Shown here: in pieces, positions 18,214 through 27,824 of the stretch
How the letters are laid out: the number at the start of each line of letters is the position of its first letter
How positions within the stretch are numbered: the stretch's first letter is position 1
Assembly (NCBI GenBank): GCA_963730185.1
Contig: CAVSQW010000012.1
Span: 352,001-416,000 of the forward strand
Direction of reading: 5' to 3'
DNA from: an uncultured Gemmatimonadales bacterium
GTDB taxonomy: Bacteria; Gemmatimonadota; Gemmatimonadetes; Gemmatimonadales; GWC2-71-9
DNA length: 64,000 nt
Notes under the pieces: model-generated
The model's input: only the letters and a program-made list of their open reading frames with translations
Told to the model about the DNA's origin: nothing
The model's database searches: none
Program-made: the position numbers and the translations under genes

Positions 18214-20228
18214 TCAGGACTTCTTGGTGTGGCAGGTCTCACACTTGCCCGACAGCGGCCGGTAGAGGAGCCGGCCCGGGCCGGTGGCGGCCGGATCGGG
18301 CCGGTGACAGCTGGCGCAGGGTACGTCGCGATGGCCGCCCTTGAGAGCGAACGAGGCGTCCTTGTCGTGATCGAACCGGCTGGCCGGCGCGAATGCGTCG
18401 GTGCCGTGGCAGGCATCGCAGCGCCCACCGTCCTTCCGGCCGTCGAACTGAGCGCCGTGTACGGTCCGATGGCACTGGGCACAGGCGGTCGGCGCTTCGA
18501 AGGTCAGGGTGGGAAGCCGGCCTCCGCCGGCCACCAGCGTCGACTGGGCGGAATCGGGCAGTCGTTTCGATTCCGAGTGGCAGCCGCTGCAGGGGGTGGC
18601 CCGGTGGGCGCCGGTCAGCGGAAAGGCGAACGCCTCGTGCGCGGTCATCCCCACGGTCGTCGGGCGGAAGGCCCGGGTGTCGTGACACGAGAGGCACCCA
18701 TCCTTCGCGGGCTCGGCCCCTTTCGGACCGAAGCGCCCGGCGTGCGGATCGAGGTGACACGCCGTACAGGTCGGATCCACCCCCTTGAAGGCGAAGCCGG
18801 CCGGTCCCAACGCCCCGGCTCGGTCGAGCGGAGGAAGGCCCTTCCGATCGGCCCCGTGGCAATCCCGGCAGGCGATCTCGCCGTGACGGCCGTCGAGCGG
18901 CAGGCGGAGTTTGGCATGCGCCCCAACGTCGAACCGGCTTGGGGCCCACCCGCTCGGCTCGTGACAGCTGGCACACTCCGATCCGCCCGCGCGGCCGGCG
19001 AGCTGGGCCCCATGCTGGTCCGCATGGCAGCCGGCGCAGGTCGCGAAGGCGGGCCGAACGATCACCCGCGAGGTACCCCACTTCACGGCTCCCACCCCCG
19101 ACTTGTCCTTTCGATGGCAGGCCGAGCACTTCACCGCTTCGTGCTTTCCGAGCAGTGGAAACCTGGTCTTCTGGTGTCGCTCCAGCGGGAACGTCGACGG
19201 GCTGAAGCCGCGCTCGTCGTGGCAGCTGGCACAGTCCACGGGCCGGCCGGTCAGAGTGGCGTTGCCGCCGTGGGCGTCGGCGTGGCAGGCGGTGCAGGTC
19301 CCGAACGCGGGACGCTTGTCCTGCTCGGTGGCGAAGCCGCGATGGCAGGCCGAGCAGGCCGTCGCGGCGTGGCGCCCGCGGAGGGGAAACCTGGTAGCCG
19401 AGTGGTTGAAGCCTCCCCTCGCGATCTGCTTGAACGGGCGAGTGGTCGCGTGGCAGGTGGCGCATTCGGCCCCGAACTGCCCGTTGTGCGGATCGGCGTG
19501 GCAGGCGGCACAGCTGTTGTGCGGCACGGGGCGATACACCGGCACCGGGTGGCCGGCGGCGTCACGCCGAGGCGAGAGGCGGGCTGCCAGGTGGCACTTG
19601 TTGCAGGTGACCGTGGCGTGCCGGCCGGTGAGTGGATAGTCGGTGGTGTCGTGCGCGAACCCCGGGGTGACCTTCCACTTGCCGGTGTCGTGACAGCTCG
19701 CGCATTGGCTGCCGAGCGCCCCCCGGTGCGCGTCCTCGTGGCAGCTGGCACAGGCGGTCTCGAGACCGGTCCAATGCGAGGTGCCGTTCGGGGCGAGGGC
19801 CGCCGCCGGCGACTTCCGGCTGGCGGCCGTGTGACACTTCTCGCAGGTCAGCGCGGCGTGGCTCTTCTCCAGACGCCAGCCGGTCCGGGCGTGATCGAAC
19901 CGCTCCGCGCGGCCATCAGGCCACTTGACCAGCCGGAAGTCCACGCCGGCGTGATCCGGGTGGCAGGTGGCGCAGCGCTCCCCCGGACCGTCGGGCTCCC
20001 GTGATAGCCTCGGTTCCGCCCGGCCAACCAGCCGATGTCCTGGTGACAGGCGACGCACCGGGCCTGCATCGCCTCCTTGCCGCCCGCGTGGCACTTGGTG
20101 CACTTGAGGGTGCCCTCGAGCTCCCGATGCACCCGGGCCAGGGGCCCTGGTGAGACCTGCGCCGAAAGCCCCGCCACCGGCGGGGCCAGCAACAGCAGCA
20201 CCAACCCGACCAGTCGGCCGAGTCGCAT
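18214..20228 (-). CDS. Multiheme c-type cytochrome, 23 CxxCH, split by a 1-nt frameshift at 19980-19984 (assembly error or pseudogene)
   Basis: N-terminal frame: signal, SPGPLARVH, 2 CxxCH; C-terminal frame: 21 CxxCH; one extra G in the G5 run joins them into ~671 aa. Confidence 0.88.
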
Positions 20229-21244
20229 CACCAGAACCAGGTCATTCCCATCGAGATCACGACGCCCACGTGAATCAGCACCGCCAGCAGCGCGGCCATC
20301 GCAAACGGCCGGTGCGCCACGTGCCAGAGGCGGAACACCCGCTGGGTGGCGGTCAGCATCCTGGCTTGCTGCGTCAGGGCCATCTCTCGGCCCGCCAGCT
20401 TCACCACCCGGCGGAGCGCCCCGCGGTCGAGCCGGTCACCTGTCTTCCGCGTCGCGCAGATCCGGCGGAGCGACCGGGCCGCCCGCCAGCGCGAAAGCTC
20501 GTCGGTCGCCATCCGGCGGACGGTCGCGAGCAACCCGAGACCATCACACGGAGAGGGATCGGAGCGGAGCAACGACTCGACTTGAGCCGCGGGCAGACCG
20601 GAAGTGCGCACGACGTCCTCCAGCAGCCCCCGACGTTCCGCCGCGATCTCTTCGGCGGTGAGCTCGAGACCGCTCGCGCTCCGCGGAATGTGCACGTAGA
20701 GATATCGCCCGGCCACGCCGCTCAGGCAGACCACCATCATCGACCAGAACCCCAGACCGATCACACCGTCGAACCGCCAGCTGGCGTGTACCGCGGCTAG
20801 GACCGGAAGGATCAACGCGGCCGCGACGTGGACATCCAGCCACTTGGACATCGCGCCGGTCCATCGGAGCCACCGGAACTTCTTTCGAAGGGGGTAGAGC
20901 CAGAGAAAGACGAATATGGAAACCGCCAAGATCCCGGCAGTTTGCCCAACGTAGCCCGATGGTCGGAGCCAGACGTGCAAAGGATCGCGCACCCGCTCCG
21001 CGGGCGGCGCCAGGTAGTACGGGGCTCCGAGGACGGTCACGGCAAGCAGCAGGCTCACCGACGCGATGACCGGCGTCCAGGAAGGGCCCCTGCGGCGAGC
21101 GGGAGGGGCCGTCGCGGCCTTCGGCGAGGCCGGGGGCGCCGCCGCGCGCCCCCCAAGGCCTGGCCCCGGATGGAGCGGCGTCACCGGTCGGCCGAGGGCC
21201 GGCTGGCTGGGGCGAACGGTCGAATGCAGCTGCTTCGCGGACAT
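20228..21244 (-). CDS. Di-heme cytochrome b-like integral membrane protein (ferric reductase-like TM domain)
   Basis: About 5 TM; two H-x13-H helices (HVAAALILPVLAAVH, HRPFAMAALLAVLIH); TGATG overlap with cytochrome gene. Confidence 0.8.
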   Translation of the reverse strand: MSAKQLHSTVRPSQPALGRPVTPLHPGPGLGGRAAAPPASPKAATAPPARRRGPSWTPVIASVSLLLAVTVLGAPYYLAPPAERVRDPLHVWLRPSGYVGQTAGILAVSIFVFLWLYPLRKKFRWLRWTGAMSKWLDVHVAAALILPVLAAVHASWRFDGVIGLGFWSMMVVCLSGVAGRYLYVHIPRSASGLELTAEEIAAERRGLLEDVVRTSGLPAAQVESLLRSDPSPCDGLGLLATVRRMATDELSRWRAARSLRRICATRKTGDRLDRGALRRVVKLAGREMALTQQARMLTATQRVFRLWHVAHRPFAMAALLAVLIHVGVVISMGMTWFW

Positions 21245-21332
21245 GGATTCCCTGGCTTCGAGCTACCCCACTCAAGGCACAAAGTGTGCGAGATGGAGAC
21301 GCGCGGTCGTCATCTTGCTTGTACACCGTAAG

Positions 21333-21392
21333 TTGTTCCATGACAACGAGATGAACGACTGTTTTTCGCCTCGTTGTCATGAAATGACGTCA
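21333..21392. promoter_or_regulatory. Putative operator in the divergent promoter
   Basis: Perfect 12-bp inverted repeat catgacaacgag (21339-21350) / ctcgttgtcatg (21370-21381); overlapping TTGT-N6-ACAA at 21333-21346. Confidence 0.55.
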
Positions 21393-21442
21393 CGAATCAT
21401 TACAGTAGGAACGGCCCGTTACCTCTCGGCGGGAATTCGGCC

Positions 21443-22804
21443 ATGCTGATTGACGCGGTGTTCGCCGCCGTACTGCTCTTCGCCATCACCACTCACCTCC
21501 TGGGCCACCGCCGGAAGGAGCGGGCCGCCCGAGAAGCGGGCGTGAAGGTCGGCCTCGCCGGTGACGGGCCGCAGGGGCAGCACCCGCACATCGAGATCGA
21601 CGATTGCATCGGCTGCGGCGCCTGCGTCACGGCGTGCCCCGAGGGCGACGTGCTGGCGGTCATCGGCGGCAAGGCCGGAATGGTCAACGGGCACAAGTGC
21701 ATCGGTCACGGTCTCTGCGCGGAGGCCTGTCCGGTCGGCGCGATCGAGATCGTGATGGCGCCGCCTTCCATGTCGGCCGACCTGCCCGCGCTTACGCCGG
21801 AGTACGAGACGTCGGTCGAGAACCTCTTCGTCGTCGGCGAGCTGGGCGGGCTGGCACTGATCAAGAACGCGGTGAATCAGGGCCGCGACGCGGTCGACAC
21901 GATTCTCGAGCGGCTTCCCCGACTCCGGCATCGTCCGGACGTCGGCCCGCCGCCGCTCGACCTGGTGGTCGTCGGGGCTGGTCCGGGCGGCATCTCCGCC
22001 TCGCTCCGAGCCCAGGAGCAGGGCCTGAGCTACCTGTGCCTCGAGGCCGAAGACCTGGGCGGCACGGTGGCGAAGTACCCCCGCCAGAAGCTGGTGATGA
22101 CCAGCCCGGTCGAATTCCCGATGTACGGAAAGTTCAAGAAGCTGGAGATCACCAAGGAGAGTCTCTTGGCGCTCTGGACCAGAGTGGCCGAGACCACGGG
22201 CGGACGGATCCATACCCAGGAGCGGGTCGAGGAGATTCGGCCCGAGGCGACCGGCCGGTTCACCGTGCGCACAGCCAAAGGCGAGTACCAGACGTTGGCG
22301 GTGGTCCTGGCCATCGGCCGCCGGGGCACGCCCCGGAAGCTGGGCGTTCCGGGCGAGGAGCTCCCTCACGTGATGTACAGTCTGCTCGACGCCGAGGCCT
22401 ACACCGGCCGGCGGATCCTGGTCGTGGGCGGCGGCGACAGTGCCGTCGAGGCGGCGATGGGCCTGGCGCACCAGAAGGGCAACCGGGTGGTCCTCTCCTA
22501 CCGGAAGGGCGCCTTCAGCAGGCTCAAGGACCGGAACCAGAAGCGCCTCCAGGACGCGCTCAAGGCCCGACAGCTCGAGGTGGTCTTCGAGTCGGCCCCG
22601 GTCGAGATCCGCCCCGGCACCACCGTCCTCGACGTGGCCGGCGCGCGCCGTGAGGTCGCCGCCGACTACGTGTGGGTCTTCGCGGGCGGCTCGCCCCCCA
22701 AGCCGTTCCTCGAGAAGATCGGCATCCGGTTCGGCCGCCTGGAGCTGAGCGACGCCGCCCACGCTGAAGCCGAGGCCTCGGGCGGGCGGGTCGCGGCCGC
22801 CTGA
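21443..22804 (+). CDS. Membrane-anchored ferredoxin-domain FAD/NAD(P)H oxidoreductase (thioredoxin reductase/YpdA-like)
   Basis: N-terminal TM; CIGCGACVTACP and CIGHGLCAEACP; VVGAGPGG; VVGGGDSAVEAA; SYRKGAFSR. Confidence 0.9.
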   Translation: MLIDAVFAAVLLFAITTHLLGHRRKERAAREAGVKVGLAGDGPQGQHPHIEIDDCIGCGACVTACPEGDVLAVIGGKAGMVNGHKCIGHGLCAEACPVGAIEIVMAPPSMSADLPALTPEYETSVENLFVVGELGGLALIKNAVNQGRDAVDTILERLPRLRHRPDVGPPPLDLVVVGAGPGGISASLRAQEQGLSYLCLEAEDLGGTVAKYPRQKLVMTSPVEFPMYGKFKKLEITKESLLALWTRVAETTGGRIHTQERVEEIRPEATGRFTVRTAKGEYQTLAVVLAIGRRGTPRKLGVPGEELPHVMYSLLDAEAYTGRRILVVGGGDSAVEAAMGLAHQKGNRVVLSYRKGAFSRLKDRNQKRLQDALKARQLEVVFESAPVEIRPGTTVLDVAGARREVAADYVWVFAGGSPPKPFLEKIGIRFGRLELSDAAHAEAEASGGRVAAA

Positions 22805-22823
22805 GCCAGGGGGGCCCCCCGGC

Positions 22824-25800
22824 TCAGGGACGCTTGACGGGGTCCGGCACCGGCGGATAGAGGCCGGCGTCCGCCAGCCGCCGGTAGAACGCCTTCAGGT
22901 CCGCCAGGAACCCGTTGACGTCGTCCACCGCTCGGGGCACCTCCCGGCGCACCTGATCCACGGACTGGAGGTCCATCCGGGTCGGGGGCGCCATCGCCCC
23001 GCCGATGTTCCCGGCCACCATCCCGACCTTGAACGGCAGCACCTGTCGGAAGATCGCGAAATCGAACTCGAACGGCTCGTCGGGGTTCCGGACGCCGAAC
23101 CGTTGGCGGAGCGAGTCGAGCCGGGTCACGAGCGAGTCGAGGCCGGCCCGGATCGGCCCGGGCACCTTGGTGGAGTCGGCCAGCTCCTTCTTGACGTCGC
23201 GGAGCTGAGTGTTGGCCTGGCGGACCGCGTCGCCGGCGTCCGCGGTGGCGGCCTGGAGCCGCTGGAGCTCCTCCAGGATCCGTTGACGACTCTGCCGATC
23301 CGCTTCGGTGATCTGGATGTCCGGATCGCCGCGGACGTTCACCGGCTTGACCGCCACCTGGGTCCCGTTCACCACCAAAGCCACCTGGTAGGTGCCGGGC
23401 AGCACCACCGGGCCGGGCGTCCCTGGCTCGCCCCCACCGCCGCCGAACAGCGCGGCCAACCCACCCCCACCACCCCCACTCCCCTTCCGGGCCGGTTCGA
23501 TCGGGTTGCTTTGCAGGTTCCAGACCACCGTGTGGACGCCCGGGCTCAGCTTGTCGGCCACCGCCTTGCCCTTGATCGTCCGCACCTCCGCCCCGGAAGC
23601 GTCCCGGACCACCAGCCGGAGACTGTCCGCCTTGGACTTCAACGAATAGGCGATCACCGAGCCGACGGGAGGGTTCTCCCCGAGCCACTGCATGTCGCCC
23701 TCGAACACCCGCTCGCGGTCCTGGGCCGGTGACCGATAGACCGCGGCGGGCACGTCGAACAGGAAGGCGCCGGTGGCGGCCCCGGCGGCGGCGTACTGCT
23801 GGATCGGCGCCAGGTCGTCGAGGATCCAAAGCCCCCGCCCGTGGGTGGCCAGGATCATCGCGTTGTCGCGCGGGTGGAGCGTGATTTCGTAGACCGGCAC
23901 GGTCGGGAGGTTGGCCCGAAGCCGGCCCCAGCTGGCCCCGCGGTTGGTGGTGACGTACACGCCGGTCTCGGTCCCGAGGTAGAGCACGTCGGGATTCTTG
24001 AGGTCCTCGGTGATGGTCCGCGCCACCTCCCCTTTCGGCAGGTTGGTCGCGAGCGAGGTCCAGGTGGTGCCGTAGTCCGGGCTCTGGTAGACGTAGGTGC
24101 CGTAGTCGCCCATCCGATGGCCGTCGAAGGTCGCGTACACGGTACCCTCGGCGAACTTCGAGGGCTCGACCTTGGAGACGTAGGCCCATTTCGGAACCCC
24201 GGCAATCTTCGCCGTCACGTTGGCCCAGGTGGCCCCGCCGTCCCGGGAGACGTTGAGCTGCCCGTCGTCCGACCCCGTGTAATAGAGCCCGGCCTTGAGC
24301 TTCGACTCCGCGATCGTGAACAGGGTGGCGTAGGTCGAGACGCCGTCGTTCTTGGCGATCTTGATGTCCTTACCCTGCACGCCCATGATCTGGAGCGTGT
24401 CGCGGTCCACGCCGGTGGTCAGGTCGGGGCTGATCGCCGCCCAGCTCATGCCCCGGTCGGTCGACTTGAAGAGCTGGTTGGCGCCCACGTAGATCGTGCT
24501 CGGGTCGTGGGGCGAGAGCATCATCGGCGTGTCCCAGTTCCAGCGGTACGGCGCCTCGCCGTCGGCCGGCTCCGGGCGGATGCTCTGCCGCTCGTTCGTG
24601 ACCCGGTCGATCCGGTTCATGAAGCCTTCCTGCGACTCGGCGTAGATGATCCGGTGGTTGGTCGGATCGATCAGGCCGACGAACCCGTCGCCGCCGTTCA
24701 CCACGAACCACGCGTCGTTCCCGATCCCGTCGGCGGAGCGAACCTGGCTGGGCCCGCACCAGGCGTCGTTGTCCTGGAGCCCCCCACAGAGGTTGTAGGG
24801 CTCCTGCAGGTCGAAGCCGACGTGATAGAACTGCCCGACCGGCAGGTTCGGGAGCCACATCCACTTCTTGGCCTTGTCCCAGGTGATGCCGACGCCACCG
24901 TCGCCGCCGATCATCATGTGGTCGGGGTTGTTCGGGTCGATCCACATCGCGTGGAGGTCGACGTGGATCTTCTCGGCCCCGTCGAACCGGAACGTCTTGC
25001 CTCCATCGTCGGAGATCCCGAGCGGGGTCTGGGGCTGATAGACGCGGAGGTCGTTCTCGGGATCGACCCGGACGACCCCGAAGTACATCGGCCGCGAATT
25101 GGAGGAGCCCATCTTCCGCCAGGACATCCCGGCGTCGTCGGAGCGGTAGTAGCCGCCCTCCTTCTCGTGCTCGACCCGGGCGTAGATCACGCTCGGATTC
25201 TTGCGCCAGATGTCGAGCCCAATCCGGCCCATGGCGCCTTTCGGGAGCCCCTTTTCGAGCCGGGTCCAGGTCCGGCCGGCGTCGGCGGTCTTGTAGATCC
25301 CGCTCGCGGCGCCGCCGCCGTTCATGCCCCAGGTGGTTCGCCGCCGCTGGTAGACCGCCGCATAAAGCACCTTGTCGTTCATCGGGTCCATCACCAGCTC
25401 GGTCCCGCCGGCGTCGGGTCCGCCATCGAGCACCCGGGCCCAGGTGAGCCCGCCGTCCGTGGTTTTGTAGACGCCCCTGTCGCCGCCCGACCTCCAGAGA
25501 TCGCCCAAGGCCGCGACGTAGACCACGTCGTGGTCGATCGGGTCGACCACGATCCGGGCCACCTGCTTCGAGTCCCGGAGCCCCATGTTCTTCCAGCTGA
25601 GCCCGCCGTCGGTCGACTTGTAGACCCCGTCGCCCCAGCTCGAGCTCTGCCGGTTGTTGTTCTCGCCGGTCCCGACCCAGACCAGGTTCGGATCGTTCTG
25701 TGCGATGGTCACCGTGCCGATCGAGGCCATCCCGGCCGAGTCGAACACGGAGGCGAAGGTGACCCCGCCGTTGGTGGTCTTCCAGAGGCCGCCGGTGGCA

Positions 25801-26027
25801 GCCGCGACGTAGAAGATCCGCGGATCTCGGTCCAGGACCGCGAAATCGTCGATCCGGCCGCTCATGATCGACGGGCCGACGTCGCGGAAATGGAGCCGGT
25901 CGAAGGGCCCACCCTTCCACTCGGCGGTGTCGGCCGGCGGAGCCGGGCGGGAGGGCGCCTGAGCGGCGGCCATCACGGGAACGGTCAGTACGGCACCCAG
26001 GAGCACCGGGAGGGAAAGCGTGCGCAC
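22824..26027 (-). CDS. Secreted VPS10/sortilin-like BNR-repeat protein (glycosyl hydrolase-like)
   Basis: GPSIMSGRI; repeated SxDGGxTW Asp-boxes; GGLQDN; ATHGRG. Confidence 0.9.
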   Translation of the reverse strand: MRTLSLPVLLGAVLTVPVMAAAQAPSRPAPPADTAEWKGGPFDRLHFRDVGPSIMSGRIDDFAVLDRDPRIFYVAAATGGLWKTTNGGVTFASVFDSAGMASIGTVTIAQNDPNLVWVGTGENNNRQSSSWGDGVYKSTDGGLSWKNMGLRDSKQVARIVVDPIDHDVVYVAALGDLWRSGGDRGVYKTTDGGLTWARVLDGGPDAGGTELVMDPMNDKVLYAAVYQRRRTTWGMNGGGAASGIYKTADAGRTWTRLEKGLPKGAMGRIGLDIWRKNPSVIYARVEHEKEGGYYRSDDAGMSWRKMGSSNSRPMYFGVVRVDPENDLRVYQPQTPLGISDDGGKTFRFDGAEKIHVDLHAMWIDPNNPDHMMIGGDGGVGITWDKAKKWMWLPNLPVGQFYHVGFDLQEPYNLCGGLQDNDAWCGPSQVRSADGIGNDAWFVVNGGDGFVGLIDPTNHRIIYAESQEGFMNRIDRVTNERQSIRPEPADGEAPYRWNWDTPMMLSPHDPSTIYVGANQLFKSTDRGMSWAAISPDLTTGVDRDTLQIMGVQGKDIKIAKNDGVSTYATLFTIAESKLKAGLYYTGSDDGQLNVSRDGGATWANVTAKIAGVPKWAYVSKVEPSKFAEGTVYATFDGHRMGDYGTYVYQSPDYGTTWTSLATNLPKGEVARTITEDLKNPDVLYLGTETGVYVTTNRGASWGRLRANLPTVPVYEITLHPRDNAMILATHGRGLWILDDLAPIQQYAAAGAATGAFLFDVPAAVYRSPAQDRERVFEGDMQWLGENPPVGSVIAYSLKSKADSLRLVVRDASGAEVRTIKGKAVADKLSPGVHTVVWNLQSNPIEPARKGSGGGGGGLAALFGGGGGEPGTPGPVVLPGTYQVALVVNGTQVAVKPVNVRGDPDIQITEADRQSRQRILEELQRLQAATADAGDAVRQANTQLRDVKKELADSTKVPGPIRAGLDSLVTRLDSLRQRFGVRNPDEPFEFDFAIFRQVLPFKVGMVAGNIGGAMAPPTRMDLQSVDQVRREVPRAVDDVNGFLADLKAFYRRLADAGLYPPVPDPVKRP

Positions 26028-26220
26028 GGAGGCCTCCGGCGAGTTCGGTCGTTCGGGGAAGTTGCCTGCGGCCCAAGGTTATCCCTGCCGGCGGCAACGG
26101 ACAACTCGGACGGGATCAACTGGCCTGCCGGCGCGCCCCCCGCCCCAACGAGTTTGCGAAGCCCCGCCGGCCCCCGGTACGATTCACGAGACTCTCGTCC
26201 CCCACCGGAGCGCCTCGTCC

Positions 26221-27693
26221 ATGCCCCAGGTCCGGTCCATGGGGCCGGCGTTCCCGGCCCTGGCGATGCTCCTCGCGATCGTGGCCTGCGGTGAACGGAA
26301 CCGGGTCATCGCGCCACCACCGGACCGCTTCGCCGAAGCCGCCTTGCCCCCTCCGCCGGCCCTGGCGCCGTCCGTGGTCGACGCCCCGATCCGGCTCGAT
26401 CTCGACACCGCGCTCGCGATCCTCGACTCACTCCTTCCCACCCGCTTCGGCAGCCTGAACCGACGGATCCGGATCGCGGCCAACTCCCGGGAGAGCTTCG
26501 CGTTCTCGGTACGGCGGGAGCGGTTCCGGGCCACCTTCCGCTCGGACGCGGTCCTCCTCTCGACGGTCCTTCACTACGCCGGCCGGGGATGGTACGACCC
26601 CCCGCTGGCCCCGGAGATGACCGGGTCCTGCGGCACCGATCCGCCGATGCCGCGAGCCCGGATCGCGGTGAGGCTCCGCCCCGAGATCACCCCCGATTGG
26701 GCCCTTCGCCTCCATCCCCAGCTGGCCGGTCTCGCTCCGGTGAGCCGCGCGGCGCGAGACCGATGCGAGGTGACCTTCCTGCACCTCGACGTAACCCGTC
26801 ACGTGCTGGCTGCGGCGCGCGACGCCCTCGTCGATCAGCTCGCGGCGCTCGACCGCCGGGTGGCCGGGCTCGACGTCCGGGGCGTCTTCGCCGACGTCTG
26901 GCGGGAGATGCAGCACCCGATCCGCCTCACCGACAGCGTGTGGCTGGTGCTCGATCCGGCCGGTGTCCGAGCCGGCCGGCTCCGGGGGTCAACCCACGAC
27001 GTCGGTACCACGGTGGGAATCGTGGCTCGTCCCCGGATCGAGACCGGCCCCCGACCCACGCCCGGCACGACGCCCCTGCCGGCGCTCGAGCCGGTCGGGC
27101 CGACCCAAGGCCTCAGCCTGCTGGTCCACGGGCGGTTCGACTATTCCGTCGCCAGCCGGCTCCTCGACCGGGAGCTGGCCGGAACGACGGTCGACGTCCC
27201 GGGCGGCTCCGTGATCGTCGAGCAGGTTCGTCTCTTCGGCATCGGCGGCGGCCGGATCGCCCTCGGCCTCGAGTTCCGGGGTAGCGCGCAGGGCAGGATC
27301 TACTTCGTCGGCAGGCCGGCCTACGATCGGGCAACCGACCGGATCACGATGCCCGATCTGGAGATCGACGCCTCGAGCTCGGGGCTGCTCATCCGAGGAC
27401 TGGCCTGGCTCCGAGCCGACGAGCTCCGCGACGAGCTCCGCGCCAAAGCGACGTTCAGCGCCGACGAGGTGTTGAGCGGCCTGACCCGGCTGGCCATGGA
27501 CGGCATGAACCGCGAGCTCACCCGCGGGGTGCGGCTCCGAGCCGAGCTCACCGGCGCCGAGCTGCTCCGAATCGAGCCTCGCCTCGACGGTCTCTACCTC
27601 GAGGCGCGGGCCATGGGGAGCGCGGGTCTCGCGCTCTCCGCCAGCGCCTTCCAGGATCGATCGCCGAGCACCCCGAACCCACGCCACGACTGA
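26221..27693 (+). CDS. DUF4403-like lipoprotein
   Basis: LLAIVAC lipobox; W..MQHPIRL.DSVWLVLDP; GRIYFVGRPAYD. Confidence 0.7.
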   Translation: MPQVRSMGPAFPALAMLLAIVACGERNRVIAPPPDRFAEAALPPPPALAPSVVDAPIRLDLDTALAILDSLLPTRFGSLNRRIRIAANSRESFAFSVRRERFRATFRSDAVLLSTVLHYAGRGWYDPPLAPEMTGSCGTDPPMPRARIAVRLRPEITPDWALRLHPQLAGLAPVSRAARDRCEVTFLHLDVTRHVLAAARDALVDQLAALDRRVAGLDVRGVFADVWREMQHPIRLTDSVWLVLDPAGVRAGRLRGSTHDVGTTVGIVARPRIETGPRPTPGTTPLPALEPVGPTQGLSLLVHGRFDYSVASRLLDRELAGTTVDVPGGSVIVEQVRLFGIGGGRIALGLEFRGSAQGRIYFVGRPAYDRATDRITMPDLEIDASSSGLLIRGLAWLRADELRDELRAKATFSADEVLSGLTRLAMDGMNRELTRGVRLRAELTGAELLRIEPRLDGLYLEARAMGSAGLALSASAFQDRSPSTPNPRHD

Positions 27694-27824
27694 TCCCGAC
27701 CCGGCCTCGGGACACCGAGCTGATCCGGTCCTTGCCTCACCCAACTTGCGATCCCGCAGGAGAGCGGTATCGTACGTTCGCGGCCGTTCATCGAAATTTC
27801 ATCGATCCCGTTAGCGCCAGCATC

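Noticed and set aside
23841..26294. Long antisense ORFs (also 10342-12339, 47242-49194, 49506-51695, 60266-62512)
   Set aside because: Typical stop-poor shadow frames opposite real genes in high-GC DNA; no recognisable motifs
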